64,000 nucleotides of DNA, taken from assembly GCA_017656185.1 (NCBI GenBank), contig JACDOK010000009.1, positions 1,227 to 65,226 on the forward strand. Direction: 5' to 3'. Shown here in pieces: positions 49,801 through 59,549 of the stretch. This DNA comes from Peptococcaceae bacterium. GTDB lineage: Bacteria > Bacillota > Desulfotomaculia > Desulfotomaculales > JACDOK01. Both the position numbers and the translations under genes were made by a program. Position 1 is the stretch's first letter. Each line of letters begins with the position of its first letter. The notes beneath the pieces were generated by a model, which saw only the letters and a list, made by a program, of their open reading frames with translations, was not told the origin of the DNA and did not search any database.

Positions 49801-51120
49801 ATGAAAACCGTCGCCTTCCACACTCTCGGCTGCAAGGTCAACCAGTATGAGTCGCAGGGACTGGCGGAGATGTTTGCCCGGCGGGGATACCGGGTGGTGC
49901 CTTTCGATGCCGGTGCCGATGTTTATGTTATTAATACTTGCACGGTTACTCATATCGGGGATCGTAAATCCCGCCAGCTCATTCGCCGCGCCAAGAGGGC
50001 CAACCCGGACAGTATTGTGGTTGTTACGGGTTGCTATGCCCAGGTGGCCCCGGACGAGGTCGGAGCCATCGAAGGGGTAGACCTGGTGATCGGTCTTGGT
50101 GGCCGCGCCAATCTGGTTGATTTGGTCGAACAGGCAGCCGGGGAAGGTAAAACGGTATGTACCGTAAATGATATTGAAAAGGTTACTTGTTTTGAGGAAC
50201 TTCCCATCTCGGGTGCCGAGCGGCGCACGCGGGCCTTTGTCAAGGTGCAGGAGGGTTGTCGTGACTTCTGCACCTACTGCATTATCCCTTATGCACGCGG
50301 CCCCCTGCGTTCAAGGGATCCGGACAGGGTTCGGGATGAAGTACGTACTTTGGTGGACAAGGGACACCGTGAGATTGTACTCACCGGGACCCACCTGGGT
50401 TTATACGGTCACGGGCTCGACGGGGATTGGGATCTTGCGGCCCTGGTGCGTTATGTGGTCAAGGTACCGGGGTTGTGGCGGCTCCGTTTGAGCTCGGTGG
50501 AACCGACCGACATTACCGGCGAACTGCTGGAGATTATCGCTTCGGAGCCCGCTTGCTGTCCCCACCTGCATATACCCCTGCAGAGTGGTGACGACGAGGT
50601 GTTGCGCCGCATGGGCCGGCGTTACGATACTTCTTTTTACGCCGGTTTGCTGGATAAAGCGCGTGCTTTAATTCCGGATCTTGCGGTAACGACTGATATT
50701 ATGGTGGGGTTTCCGGGCGAGAGCCGGGATCAATTTGAACGCAGCCTGCATTTTGTCCGCCAAATGGGTTTCAGCCGGCTGCACGTGTTCAAGTACTCCC
50801 CGCGCCGGGGTACGCCCGCTGCCCGCTACCCCGGGCAGGTACCCGCCCGGGAGAAGGACCGGCGCAGTAAGGAGATGCTGGCACTGGGCGAAGAATTGCA
50901 GCACCGCTTTGCTTCCCGGTATGTAGGAAGAACCATGGATGTCCTGGTTGAACAGGAATATGACAGAGAACACTATGAAGGTTATACGGGTAATTACCTC
51001 CGGGTAATTCTCCCCAAAGATTCCCTGCATATTGGTGATTTGGCAAAAGTTTTTATTAAAACAGTAGAAAAAGGTTACCTGCGGGGAATAATCTATACGA
51101 AGGAAGGATTTCCAGATTAA
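49801..51120 (+). CDS. mtaB: tRNA methylthiotransferase, MiaB-like (MtaB)
   Basis: MKTVAFHTLGCKVNQYES, radical SAM CRDFCTYC, TRAM-like C-terminus. Confidence 0.88.
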   Translation: MKTVAFHTLGCKVNQYESQGLAEMFARRGYRVVPFDAGADVYVINTCTVTHIGDRKSRQLIRRAKRANPDSIVVVTGCYAQVAPDEVGAIEGVDLVIGLGGRANLVDLVEQAAGEGKTVCTVNDIEKVTCFEELPISGAERRTRAFVKVQEGCRDFCTYCIIPYARGPLRSRDPDRVRDEVRTLVDKGHREIVLTGTHLGLYGHGLDGDWDLAALVRYVVKVPGLWRLRLSSVEPTDITGELLEIIASEPACCPHLHIPLQSGDDEVLRRMGRRYDTSFYAGLLDKARALIPDLAVTTDIMVGFPGESRDQFERSLHFVRQMGFSRLHVFKYSPRRGTPAARYPGQVPAREKDRRSKEMLALGEELQHRFASRYVGRTMDVLVEQEYDREHYEGYTGNYLRVILPKDSLHIGDLAKVFIKTVEKGYLRGIIYTKEGFPD

Positions 51121-51167
51121 GTGTCAAACTAATGCTAGAGTCTTTTAGAGAAGGAGGTGGTTTCTGG

Positions 51168-51512
51168 TTGCAGGAGTGCATTTTTTGCAAGATCGTACGC
51201 AGGGAAATACCGGCCGATGTTGTTTATGAGGATGACGACATCCTGGCGTTCAAGGATATTAATCCTGTAGCGCCGGTACATATTTTGTTAATTCCCAAAA
51301 AACACGTGGCCACCTTCTTCGATATTGCCGCAGAAGATCAACCGGTATTCGGCAAAATTCAGGCAGTTGCTGCTCAGGTAGCGAAAGAACAGGGATTGGA
51401 AGAAAAGGGTTTTCGCCTGGTAGCCAACTGCCTTGAAGGGGCAGGACAGGTAGTCTTTCATATCCATTATCACCTGGTGGGTGGACGGGAATTAACCTGG
51501 CCTCCAGGCTAA
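51168..51512 (+). CDS. HIT-family (histidine triad) protein
   Basis: CIFCKI.., HILLIPKKH, HIHYHLVGG (HxHxHxx). A TTG at 51168 is preceded by AGGAGGTG. Confidence 0.85.
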   Translation: MQECIFCKIVRREIPADVVYEDDDILAFKDINPVAPVHILLIPKKHVATFFDIAAEDQPVFGKIQAVAAQVAKEQGLEEKGFRLVANCLEGAGQVVFHIHYHLVGGRELTWPPG

Positions 51513-51593
51513 AATTAACGATTGATTTTATTGTAGAGGAGTGCTATACTCACGCTATGCGTGTTCTGTGTATGTGGTTGGCGGAGGGGAGGG

Positions 51594-51791
51594 ATGACAG
51601 AGGTGGCCGAAGTTAGAGTTGGTAAGAATGAGAGTCTTGACAGTGCCCTGCGGCGTTTCAAGAGGACCTGCCAGAAAGCAGGGGTTTTTGCTGAAGCCAG
51701 GAAACACGAGCATTATGAAAAGCCCAGCGTTAAACGCAAAAAAAAGGCTGAGGCTGCACGCCGGAGGATGAAAAGACGCCGTCCCTTCTAA
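51594..51791 (+). CDS. rpsU: 30S ribosomal protein S21
   Basis: ..[31 protein letters not shown]. The start is either the ATG at 51594 or the GTG at 51603. Confidence 0.9.
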   Translation: MTEVAEVRVGKNESLDSALRRFKRTCQKAGVFAEARKHEHYEKPSVKRKKKAEAARRRMKRRRPF

Positions 51792-51817
51792 TCCGCAAAG
51801 AGTAAGATAAGACTGAT

Positions 51818-51847
51818 AGCGCCACCCTTTCGGGTGGCGCTGTTTTA
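51818..51847 (+). terminator. Rho-independent terminator of rpsU
   Basis: AGCGCCACCC-TTTC-GGGTGGCGCT followed by GTTTTAT. Confidence 0.8.
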
Positions 51848-51861
51848 TGAGCAGCAGGGTA

Positions 51862-52083
51862 TTACTGTTGGACCTGTTGCTGCTGCTGGTACATCGGGTT
51901 GTTCTTTTCCAGGTAACTCAAGCGGTTGTTAAGGTGGTCGATATGCCTCTGCATATCCTGGGAAAGCTCTTGGAACATTTTTTGGGCCATTTGGTCCTGG
52001 GTATTCGAGGCAGCAACCTGGTAAGTTCCGAGAAGGGATTGGCATTGAGCGACGGCCTTCTGAAGATCCTGCTGTACCGTCAT
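51862..52083 (-). CDS. DUF1657 small sporulation-associated protein
   Basis: 73 aa helical protein (..QCQSLLGTY..Q...MFQ..) downstream of spoVA genes, as commonly seen. Confidence 0.7.
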   Translation of the reverse strand: MTVQQDLQKAVAQCQSLLGTYQVAASNTQDQMAQKMFQELSQDMQRHIDHLNNRLSYLEKNNPMYQQQQQVQQ

Positions 52084-52115
52084 TGACGATCCACCTCCTT
52101 TTTTAATTAAGCTTT

Positions 52116-52475
52116 TTAACCTTTTGGATTGAAAACAACCGCCACCAGAAAACCAAAAACGATGGCAGCCGTAATACCTGTACTTGTCAGCTCAAACATG
52201 CCTGTCAGAACACCTATGACTCCGGTACGTTCTGCTTCGGATATAGCTCCCTGGACCAGGGCGTTGCCGAAACTTGATATGGGCATGGTGGCACCGGCTC
52301 CCGCAAATTCCACCAACTTGTCATAGAGACCCAATCCACCCAGGATGCCCCCCGCGACGACAAACCCTGACAGGACATGGCCCGGTGTGAAATTGGTGAA
52401 GTCCAGGATTAACTGCCCGAGCATGCTGAGAGCTCCCCCGACCAAAAAGGCCCAAATGTATGTTTGCCAATCCAT
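52116..52475 (-). CDS. spoVAE: Stage V sporulation protein AE
   Basis: 119 aa. ..AFLVGG..C..GQ..D.T..TPGH..SSFGN.. Confidence 0.85.
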   Translation of the reverse strand: MDWQTYIWAFLVGGALSMLGQLILDFTNFTPGHVLSGFVVAGGILGGLGLYDKLVEFAGAGATMPISSFGNALVQGAISEAERTGVIGVLTGMFELTSTGITAAIVFGFLVAVVFNPKG

Positions 52476-52495
52476 TATATAACCCAGCCCCCTTG

Positions 52496-53509
52496 CTAGA
52501 TCATTTCAATGCTTACGGCGTGGGCAATGCCCGGGATGCTGTTACCCTGATAACAGGATACGGGACTGTGCAGGGCCCCTGTAGCTACAAGCAGAATGCG
52601 CTTGAATGTGCCGTCCATCAGCTTTTTGTAAAGGTACCCATATGTTACCACCGCCGAGCAGGCACACCCGCTGCCCCCGGCATGGACGTCCTGGGTTTCG
52701 GTATCGTAGATCATCAACCCGCAATCCCGGTAATTTTGCGAAAGATCAAAACCACCGTTGGAAGCGGCCATCTTCACGGTGAGTTGATGGCCGAACTTAC
52801 CCAGGTCGCCGGTTACGATCAAGTCGTAATACTCCGGCCCGTGACCGGTATCGGCGAAGTGGCGCACGATGGTATCGGCAGCGGCGGGGGCCATAGCTGC
52901 CCCCAGGTTTAGAGGGTCCTTAATTCCGAGATCTTTGACCTTGCCGATAGTCATATGGGTAATCCGGGGGCCTTCTCCCTCAGCGGCTATCAAAGCGGCT
53001 CCGGCACCGGTTACGGTCCATTGGACTTGAGGTTTCCTGGGAAAGCCGTATTCGGTAGGGTACCGGTACTGTCTTTCTGCCGATGCATTGTGGCTGCTCG
53101 TGCCTGGCAGTGCCAAGGACGCAAAACCCCCGTCTACCAGCATTGCGGCTAAAGCCAGTCCTTCTGCCGAAGTGGAACAGGCACCGTAAAGCCCAAAGTA
53201 AGGGATGCGTAGTTCCAGGGCCGAAAAACTCGAGGTAATTGTCTGGTTCAGCAAATCTCCCGCGAGAAAGAAATCCACGTCCTGCGGTGTTTTACCAGCC
53301 TTATTTAAACAGGTAAAACAGGCGTTGAGCAGCATTTCTCTCTCGGCGGCCTCAAAGGTACGCTCGCCGGCATTAAGATCAGTATAGATATGGTCAAAAT
53401 ATTCTTTTAACGGGCCCTGTCCTTCAAACGGGCCGACCACCGCTGCCGTGCTGATGATTACGGGAGGATTGTTAGGTTTATAGGTTTGCTTGCCGATCTT
53501 CTTGACCAA
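52496..53509 (-). CDS. spoVAD: Stage V sporulation protein AD
   Basis: 337 aa, thiolase-like fold protein. GACST..GSGCACS motifs. Confidence 0.9.
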   Translation of the reverse strand: MVKKIGKQTYKPNNPPVIISTAAVVGPFEGQGPLKEYFDHIYTDLNAGERTFEAAEREMLLNACFTCLNKAGKTPQDVDFFLAGDLLNQTITSSFSALELRIPYFGLYGACSTSAEGLALAAMLVDGGFASLALPGTSSHNASAERQYRYPTEYGFPRKPQVQWTVTGAGAALIAAEGEGPRITHMTIGKVKDLGIKDPLNLGAAMAPAAADTIVRHFADTGHGPEYYDLIVTGDLGKFGHQLTVKMAASNGGFDLSQNYRDCGLMIYDTETQDVHAGGSGCACSAVVTYGYLYKKLMDGTFKRILLVATGALHSPVSCYQGNSIPGIAHAVSIEMI

Positions 53510-53524
53510 TGTCCTACCCCATTT

Positions 53525-53995
53525 CTAGAAGACAAATAATGCATAGATTAACCCGACCACAAACGCGGTCACTACGCCGAAAGTTATCGGTGAGCCCGCC
53601 AGAAGAAACATTTTGCTGCCGACTCCGAAAACTAAACCTTCTTTTTTAAACTCTAAAGCTGAGGCTACGATAGAATTGGCGAAACCAGTGACGGGTACCG
53701 CCAGGCCGGCTCCCGCATACCGGGCAATTTTATCAAACACTCCCAAGCCGGTAAGCAAGGCTCCGATAAAGATCATGGTTGCCACAGCGGGATTACCGGC
53801 TTCCTTACTTGACATATGAAAGGTTATCCTGTACACATCGGTGAAAAACTGGCCGAAGACACAAACTAACCCCCCAAAAATAAAAGCCAGAACGGCATTC
53901 CTAAAGTAAGGGGGTTTGGGGACCAGGTCGCGGACCATCTCGGTATAGCGTTTTTGGTCTACCGTTAAAGGTTTCTTTTTGGGGTCTCGTACCAC
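53525..53995 (-). CDS. spoVAC: Stage V sporulation protein AC
   Basis: 156 aa. ..AFIFGGLVCVFGQ..AGAGLAVPVTGFANS.. Confidence 0.88.
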   Translation of the reverse strand: MVRDPKKKPLTVDQKRYTEMVRDLVPKPPYFRNAVLAFIFGGLVCVFGQFFTDVYRITFHMSSKEAGNPAVATMIFIGALLTGLGVFDKIARYAGAGLAVPVTGFANSIVASALEFKKEGLVFGVGSKMFLLAGSPITFGVVTAFVVGLIYALFVF

Positions 53996-54168
53996 GTGCT
54001 TTAACCTCCCGGTTAACGTTATAGCGTTATAGTGTTATTTTGGAAAAGTATCGTTCGGAATTATACGGGAGTTTCATAACATTTTCTGCTATTCGGGTAT
54101 GCCAAAACTACCACAAGCATGTCTTTTATGAACCCTTTCCTGCATAGATTTTACGGGGGAGGGTTCTT

Positions 54169-54450
54169 ATGTCTTGGCGAGATATACGCAGGAAAATACG
54201 CAAAGGCATGGCTGACATACTGGAAATCCCGGGTGAAGTGGCTTTAGACCTGCCTAAAATCATTTTGGTAGGTAATGTTCAGGTAATTATTGAGAACCAC
54301 CGCGGGATTGTCGAGTATACGGACACGTTAGTACGTGTACTCGTCGAATCCGGTGAAGTTGCCGTTCATGGGCAGGACCTGTCCCTGCGCAACATAATGC
54401 AGGACGAAATATGCGTGGAGGGGGTTATTAAGGGTGTGAGTTTTAATTAG
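54169..54450 (+). CDS. yqfC: Sporulation protein YqfC
   Basis: 93 aa. LPKIILVGNVQVIIENHRGIVEY....V. Confidence 0.85.
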   Translation: MSWRDIRRKIRKGMADILEIPGEVALDLPKIILVGNVQVIIENHRGIVEYTDTLVRVLVESGEVAVHGQDLSLRNIMQDEICVEGVIKGVSFN

Positions 54451-54517
54451 TAAGCAGTTGGTAAGCAGTAAGTAGTAAAAAGTGAGGAGTGAGGCAGAGG
54501 GTAATTGGTAATTAAGA
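54448..54517. repeat. GTAAGCAGT / GTGAGGAGTGAGG word module starting at the yqfC stop codon
   Basis: TAGTAAGCAGTTGGTAAGCAGTAAGTAGTAAAAAGTGAGGAGTGAGGCAGAGGGTAATTGGTAATTAAG, with stops in all three frames. Confidence 0.7.
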
Positions 54518-54581
54518 TGATCTTAACTTTCTTTAGATATGACCTCAAAGGAATGCTTTTAAGTCCTACCGTAGTATCACA

Positions 54582-54682
54582 GCCCAGCACTCAGTGAATA
54601 ATAGAAGTTTTCCGTGATCTTTATGGTTTTTCAACGTTACTTTGATGCGCTATCTATCAGTAATTACCCCTGAGTGCTGGGC
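54582..54682. mobile_element. MITE-like element copy C (101 bp) between yqfC and yqfD
   Basis: GCCCAGCACTCAG - 75 nt AT-rich interior - CTGAGTGCTGGGC. The interior aligns to copies A and D in reverse orientation. Confidence 0.6.
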
Positions 54683-54731
54683 GAATCACAGTGAGCGAAG
54701 CGGACGTATCACACCGACCGGAGGGAGCGAA

Positions 54732-55964
54732 ATGTTTGTTCTACGCATTCTGGCCTATCTTTTCGGCTGCGTATCTTTAATTGTCAGCGGTCGTACACTG
54801 GAACGCTTTATTAATATGGCAAACAGCCGGGGCATTCACCTTTGGGATATAAAACGCCTCGGGCCGGACAGGATCCTTATCAAGACGCGGCTGAGCGGTG
54901 TAAAACCCCTCCGGCATATCGCCAGGCGTACCGGAAGCAGGTTTTCCGTGCAGGAGCGCATGGGTTTTCCGTTTTTAATATCCCGGCTGCGCCGCCGGCG
55001 GATGTTGGTTTTGGGAGCGGTAATGTTTCTGGCCGCATTATATACGCTTTCATCCTTTGTGTGGTTCATAGAGGTAACCGGTAATACTAAACTTAGCGAC
55101 CATAAGATAATCGAGGCGGTACGTGAAGCGGGTCTGTATCCGGGGGTGCCCAAGTGGCGCTTTGAAGTTGCCCGTATCGAGGACGAGGTATTGAAAAAAC
55201 TGCCGTCCCTCTCGTGGGTAGGAATCCAGATTAGGGGTACCAAGGCATATATTGAGGTGGCTGAAAAGAAACTTCCCGATGTTACCGAAGAGAAAAGGCC
55301 GACCCACATTGTGGCTGCCAAGGCGGGATTAATAGAGGAAATACTGGTCTTGAGCGGCCAGGCGGTGGTGAAAGAAGGGGACACCGTTTTGCCCGGTCAG
55401 GTTCTGATCTCCGGTGAAATATGGCCTCCCGACGCTTTGCAAGAAGGGGACGAGGCAACCGTACTGCCTGAAGGGCCGCGCTACGTCCAAGCTAAAGGAA
55501 TAGTGCGGGCGCGGGTTTGGTATGAGGAGTACGGCGAAATGCCCCTGGTGGAAGAAGGTTGCCGTTTTACGGGGACCGAAGTACAGAGAATTTGCCTTAA
55601 GGTTGCCGGGCACCGGATAAAGATACGCGGCCCGAGAGAAGCCCCATTTAAGGATTATGAAAGTGAGACCAAAGTGTGGCAGGCCCCTCAATGGAGGAGT
55701 TTGCCCCTCCCTGTAGAAATCATAAGCACTACCTTTCGTGAAATAAGACCTTACCGGGTGGAACATAGTCGTGAAAGAGCTTTGGCTCTGGCACGAGAAG
55801 AAGCGGAAAAGCGGATTCGGAAAGTTATTCCTGACGGCAGTAAAATACTGAACCGCAAAATTAACGTTATTTACACCGGCAAAAAGGAACCTTTGGTGCG
55901 TGTAAAACTTGAGGTTGAAACTATGGAAGACATCGGTCGCCTTAAACCTTTTAAACCCAGTTAA
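54732..55964 (+). CDS. yqfD: Sporulation protein YqfD
   Basis: MFVLRILAYLFGCV.. ATG at 54732 with RBS GGAGGGAG. The ORF-track start of 54642 lies inside the repeat element. Confidence 0.85.
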   Translation: MFVLRILAYLFGCVSLIVSGRTLERFINMANSRGIHLWDIKRLGPDRILIKTRLSGVKPLRHIARRTGSRFSVQERMGFPFLISRLRRRRMLVLGAVMFLAALYTLSSFVWFIEVTGNTKLSDHKIIEAVREAGLYPGVPKWRFEVARIEDEVLKKLPSLSWVGIQIRGTKAYIEVAEKKLPDVTEEKRPTHIVAAKAGLIEEILVLSGQAVVKEGDTVLPGQVLISGEIWPPDALQEGDEATVLPEGPRYVQAKGIVRARVWYEEYGEMPLVEEGCRFTGTEVQRICLKVAGHRIKIRGPREAPFKDYESETKVWQAPQWRSLPLPVEIISTTFREIRPYRVEHSRERALALAREEAEKRIRKVIPDGSKILNRKINVIYTGKKEPLVRVKLEVETMEDIGRLKPFKPS

Positions 55965-55979
55965 GGAGGTTTTGCCTGT

Positions 55980-56951
55980 TTGACATCATACGAGGAAAAT
56001 AGAATTACCATTGATGATCCCGACGTAGTAAAAGCAATTTGCGGCAGTTATGACGAACATCTTAATGCTTTAGAAGAAGCCTTGGGAGTAAAGGTAGTTT
56101 TCCGCAACGGCGACCTGTTGTTATTCGGTACCGAGGAACAGGTGGCCGGCGCGCGTAAAGTTATTGAGCAGGCGCAGGCTTTCTACCGGGAAAGAGACAA
56201 CTTGACTTTACAGGATGTCAATTATATCATCAACACTGTGATTAAGGGGCAACAAGAAGGCTTGACCGACCTTGCTAAAGATGTCATCCTGGTGACACCG
56301 CGGGGTAAGAAAGTGCGCCCTAAAACATTAGGGCAGAAACGTTACGTGGAGGCCGTTAAAAAGGAGGATATCGTTTTTGGCATCGGACCGGCGGGTACTG
56401 GGAAAACCTACCTGGCAGTAGTGATGGCTGTTGATGCATTACGCAAAAAGTATGTTAATAGGGTGGTTTTAACGCGCCCGGCGGTTGAGGCGGGTGAGAA
56501 ACTGGGTTTCCTCCCCGGTGATTTGCAGGAAAAAGTGGACCCTTACTTGCGACCTTTATATGACAGTTTGTATGATGTATTGGGCCCGGAGAATACCCGG
56601 CGCTATATTGACCGGCATATTATCGAGATTGCGCCGCTGGCTTATATGCGGGGGCGGACACTGGAAGATTCTTTCATTATCCTTGACGAGGCCCAGAATA
56701 CTACGCCCGAGCAGATGAAAATGTTTTTAACCCGGTTGGGGTTTAACTCCAAAGCCGTAGTGACGGGTGATGTTACGCAGGTTGACCTTCCCAAGGGGCA
56801 GAATTCGGGATTGGTAGAAGCTACACGGGTCTTGGCTGACGTCCCCGGTATTAGTTTTATCTATTTTACGGGTGCTGATACCATCCGCCACCCGCTGGTA
56901 ATGAAGATTGTAGAAGCCTATGAAAGGGCATTAGGTTCGAAAGAGGAGTGA
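55980..56951 (+). CDS. phoH: PhoH-family ATPase
   Basis: 323 aa. Walker A GPAGTGKTYLAV, ILDEAQN. Confidence 0.9.
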   Translation: MTSYEENRITIDDPDVVKAICGSYDEHLNALEEALGVKVVFRNGDLLLFGTEEQVAGARKVIEQAQAFYRERDNLTLQDVNYIINTVIKGQQEGLTDLAKDVILVTPRGKKVRPKTLGQKRYVEAVKKEDIVFGIGPAGTGKTYLAVVMAVDALRKKYVNRVVLTRPAVEAGEKLGFLPGDLQEKVDPYLRPLYDSLYDVLGPENTRRYIDRHIIEIAPLAYMRGRTLEDSFIILDEAQNTTPEQMKMFLTRLGFNSKAVVTGDVTQVDLPKGQNSGLVEATRVLADVPGISFIYFTGADTIRHPLVMKIVEAYERALGSKEE

Positions 56952-59104
56952 CGGTAGTGGGTCTACCGCATTTGTTGGTTAAAATAGGACAAGTCTTCTC
57001 GTTTTTTGTACGCAGTGAAAGGGCCCGGCGTGTTTGGGCTTTCTTATTTTTTTATATTTCTCTCGCCCTTATTATTTCTGTACGCTATGTGCCGGCTCAG
57101 TTTGACCTGCAGGTAGGAGACGTAGCTCCTCGGGATATTCCTGCTCCGAAAACGGTAACTTTTATTGACGAGACTAAGACCGAAGAAGCCCGGCGTTTGG
57201 CGGAACAGAAGGTGGAGCCGCAGTATACGGTCGACCCTCAAGTAAGCGAGACCATAATAAAAGAAATTGACCGAATTATCACTGAGGTGCGGAATATCCA
57301 ATCTGCTGAGGTAGCTGAGGTAGAGAAAGGACAGCAGTTGGAGTCTGTTCTGCCTTTTGAATTACCGACAGATGTTATTGTTTCTTTGGCTTCCGGTAAC
57401 CCTGATGACACTGAACTGGTGGGAAAAGAGGTCAAGCGCCTGGTAAATTTGGTTCTGGGAACGGACGGCGGGGTGCGGCAGGAAGAACTGGATGCGGTTA
57501 AGCGTGATCTTACCAATCAAATTAATGACCTGGGCTTCAGTCGTCCTTATGAATTGCTGGCGCGAAATTTAATACAGTACCACTTGCGCCCCAATGCCTT
57601 TTTCGATGCCGAGGCAACCGCGAAACTACGTAAAGAAGCGCGTGCTACGGTGACTCCGGTACGTGTCACCGTCCAAAAAAATGAGTATATTATTCGGCAG
57701 GGTGAAGTCGTAACCGCCGAACACCTGTCTAAGTTGGAAGCGTTCGGATTGCTCCGGCCTCCGGTACCTTTCAAAATTCTTCTCGGGACGGTATTACTGA
57801 CGGCCCTCTTAATGGGAGTAGTGTTTCTGTATATTTACCAGCAAAAACGGAAACAATTTTCCGTCAGTTATTTATATCTTCTCGGCATTATAGTGGTAAC
57901 CGTTATGGCCATAGGGAAGGTACTGATCGCTGTTAATGTGGGGCCGTGGCCCGAATACGCCGATTTGTTGGGCTATAGTGTGCCGGTGGCGGCTGCCGGG
58001 ATGTTAATTGCCATTCTTATTGATGCCCGGTTGGCGATCATCGTAGTAGCTGCTATGGCGATAATGCTGGGGGTTATGACCGGTAACGACTTCAGGTTCG
58101 CCCTGGTAGGCTTTTTGGGAGGTATTGCCGGTGTTTACAGCGTATCCAAACTGAGCCAGCGTTCCGATTTAGCCCGGGCTGGCATTTATGTCTTCTTGGC
58201 GAATACGGCGGCTATTTTTACCGCAGGGCTTTTGAGTGATACTTCCTGGGGTCTTCTGTTGGCTTCCAGTACGACTTTGGGGTTGGCCAACGGTATCTTA
58301 TCGTCGATTCTAGCCAACGGTGCGTTGCCTTTTCTTGAAAACACCTTCGGCATTACTTCCAGTGTCAAACTCTTGGAATTATCCAACCCCGGTCACCCCT
58401 TACTCAGGCGGCTGCTGATGGAAGCGCCGGGTACTTATCACCACAGTATTATTGTGGGAAACCTGGCCGAGGCGGCTGCTCAAGAGGTCGGGGCCGATTC
58501 AGTTTTAGTACGGGTAGGTGCTTATTACCATGATATCGGCAAGGTGCGGCGACCTTACTTTTTTATCGAAAACCAAATGACCAATGAAAACCCGCACGAT
58601 AAAATCGCACCGTCATTATCAACCCTGATTTTGACGTCGCATGTCAAGGACGGCGTGGAAGCGGCTCGGGAGCATAAACTGCCTGAAAGGCTTATTGATA
58701 TTATCGAGCAGCACCACGGAACAAGCCTTATTAGTTTCTTCTATCATAAGGCGTTAGAGCAGGACGATAAGGGTACGGTACAGGAAACGGACTTCCGTTA
58801 CGACGGACCGAAGCCGCAAACCCGGGAAGCCGGTATCGTAATGCTGGCCGACTCGGTGGAAGCCGCGGTACGTTCCATGTCCAACCCGACGCCGGGCCAG
58901 ATCGAGGGTCTTGTCAGGAAGATCATAAAGGATAAACAGGCCGACGGGCAGCTGGATGAGTGTGATCTGAACTTCCGCGACTTGGATCTTATTGCGGGCG
59001 TATTTGTACGTATCCTGACGGGTATTTTCCATAACAGGGTTGAGTACCCTGACATCAAAGAAGTTGAAGGGAGAAAACCGAAAAATGGCTATCATCGTAA
59101 GTAA
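56948..59104 (+). CDS. pgpH: 7TM-receptor/HD-domain phosphohydrolase (YqfF/PgpH-like, c-di-AMP phosphodiesterase family)
   Basis: 718 aa. Extracellular N-terminus, 7 TM segments, HD domain (HHSIIVGNLAE..YHDIGK). Confidence 0.85.
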   Translation: MTVVGLPHLLVKIGQVFSFFVRSERARRVWAFLFFYISLALIISVRYVPAQFDLQVGDVAPRDIPAPKTVTFIDETKTEEARRLAEQKVEPQYTVDPQVSETIIKEIDRIITEVRNIQSAEVAEVEKGQQLESVLPFELPTDVIVSLASGNPDDTELVGKEVKRLVNLVLGTDGGVRQEELDAVKRDLTNQINDLGFSRPYELLARNLIQYHLRPNAFFDAEATAKLRKEARATVTPVRVTVQKNEYIIRQGEVVTAEHLSKLEAFGLLRPPVPFKILLGTVLLTALLMGVVFLYIYQQKRKQFSVSYLYLLGIIVVTVMAIGKVLIAVNVGPWPEYADLLGYSVPVAAAGMLIAILIDARLAIIVVAAMAIMLGVMTGNDFRFALVGFLGGIAGVYSVSKLSQRSDLARAGIYVFLANTAAIFTAGLLSDTSWGLLLASSTTLGLANGILSSILANGALPFLENTFGITSSVKLLELSNPGHPLLRRLLMEAPGTYHHSIIVGNLAEAAAQEVGADSVLVRVGAYYHDIGKVRRPYFFIENQMTNENPHDKIAPSLSTLILTSHVKDGVEAAREHKLPERLIDIIEQHHGTSLISFFYHKALEQDDKGTVQETDFRYDGPKPQTREAGIVMLADSVEAAVRSMSNPTPGQIEGLVRKIIKDKQADGQLDECDLNFRDLDLIAGVFVRILTGIFHNRVEYPDIKEVEGRKPKNGYHRK

Positions 59105-59549
59105 TTTTCAAGAGGATACCCTGTTGGATGACGCCCTCGAATCTCTGGCGGAACGGGCTGTAGAGGAAACGCTGGCTGCCGAAGGTCGCGGGGATGTTGT
59201 TGAAGTAAGCGTGGCATTCGTCGATGACGAATACATGCACCGTCTCAATAAGAATTACCGGGGTATTGACCGCACGACGGATGTTCTGGCTTTTCCAATG
59301 AATGAGGAGGACCCTGGTGCTCCCGGCGAGGAACCGCATTTGATGCTCGGGGACATTGTTATTTCCCTGCCGGCAGCGCAGCGGCAGGCTGCAGAGTACG
59401 GGGTTTCTTTGGAACAGGAAGTGGCCCGCCTAGCGGTCCACGGTGCTCTGCACCTGTTAGGTTACGATCACGAAAAGGGCGGAGAAGAGGCCGAGCGGAT
59501 GCGAGAGAGGGAGAATGAGATTCTTGAACGGGTAATCGGTAAGCAGTAA
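59085..59549 (+). CDS. ybeY: rRNA maturation endoribonuclease YbeY
   Basis: TDVLAFP..., HGALHLLGYDH metal-binding motif. ATG at 59085. Confidence 0.9.
   Translation: MAIIVSNFQEDTLLDDALESLAERAVEETLAAEGRGDVVEVSVAFVDDEYMHRLNKNYRGIDRTTDVLAFPMNEEDPGAPGEEPHLMLGDIVISLPAAQRQAAEYGVSLEQEVARLAVHGALHLLGYDHEKGGEEAERMRERENEILERVIGKQ

Noticed and set aside
53996-54168. Sporulation-sigma promoters for spoVA (GTATA..CAAAATA, sigmaG/F-like) and yqfC (CATAGATT, sigmaE-like)
   Set aside because: The hexamer matches are partial and the spacing is off by 1-2 nt, so they cannot be supported by eye alone.
54642-54731. An upstream TTG start extending yqfD by 30 codons
   Set aside because: The extension is encoded by the repeat element and its flank (..TPECWANHSE..). 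The ATG at 54732 has RBS GGAGGGAG and gives the typical YqfD N-terminus.
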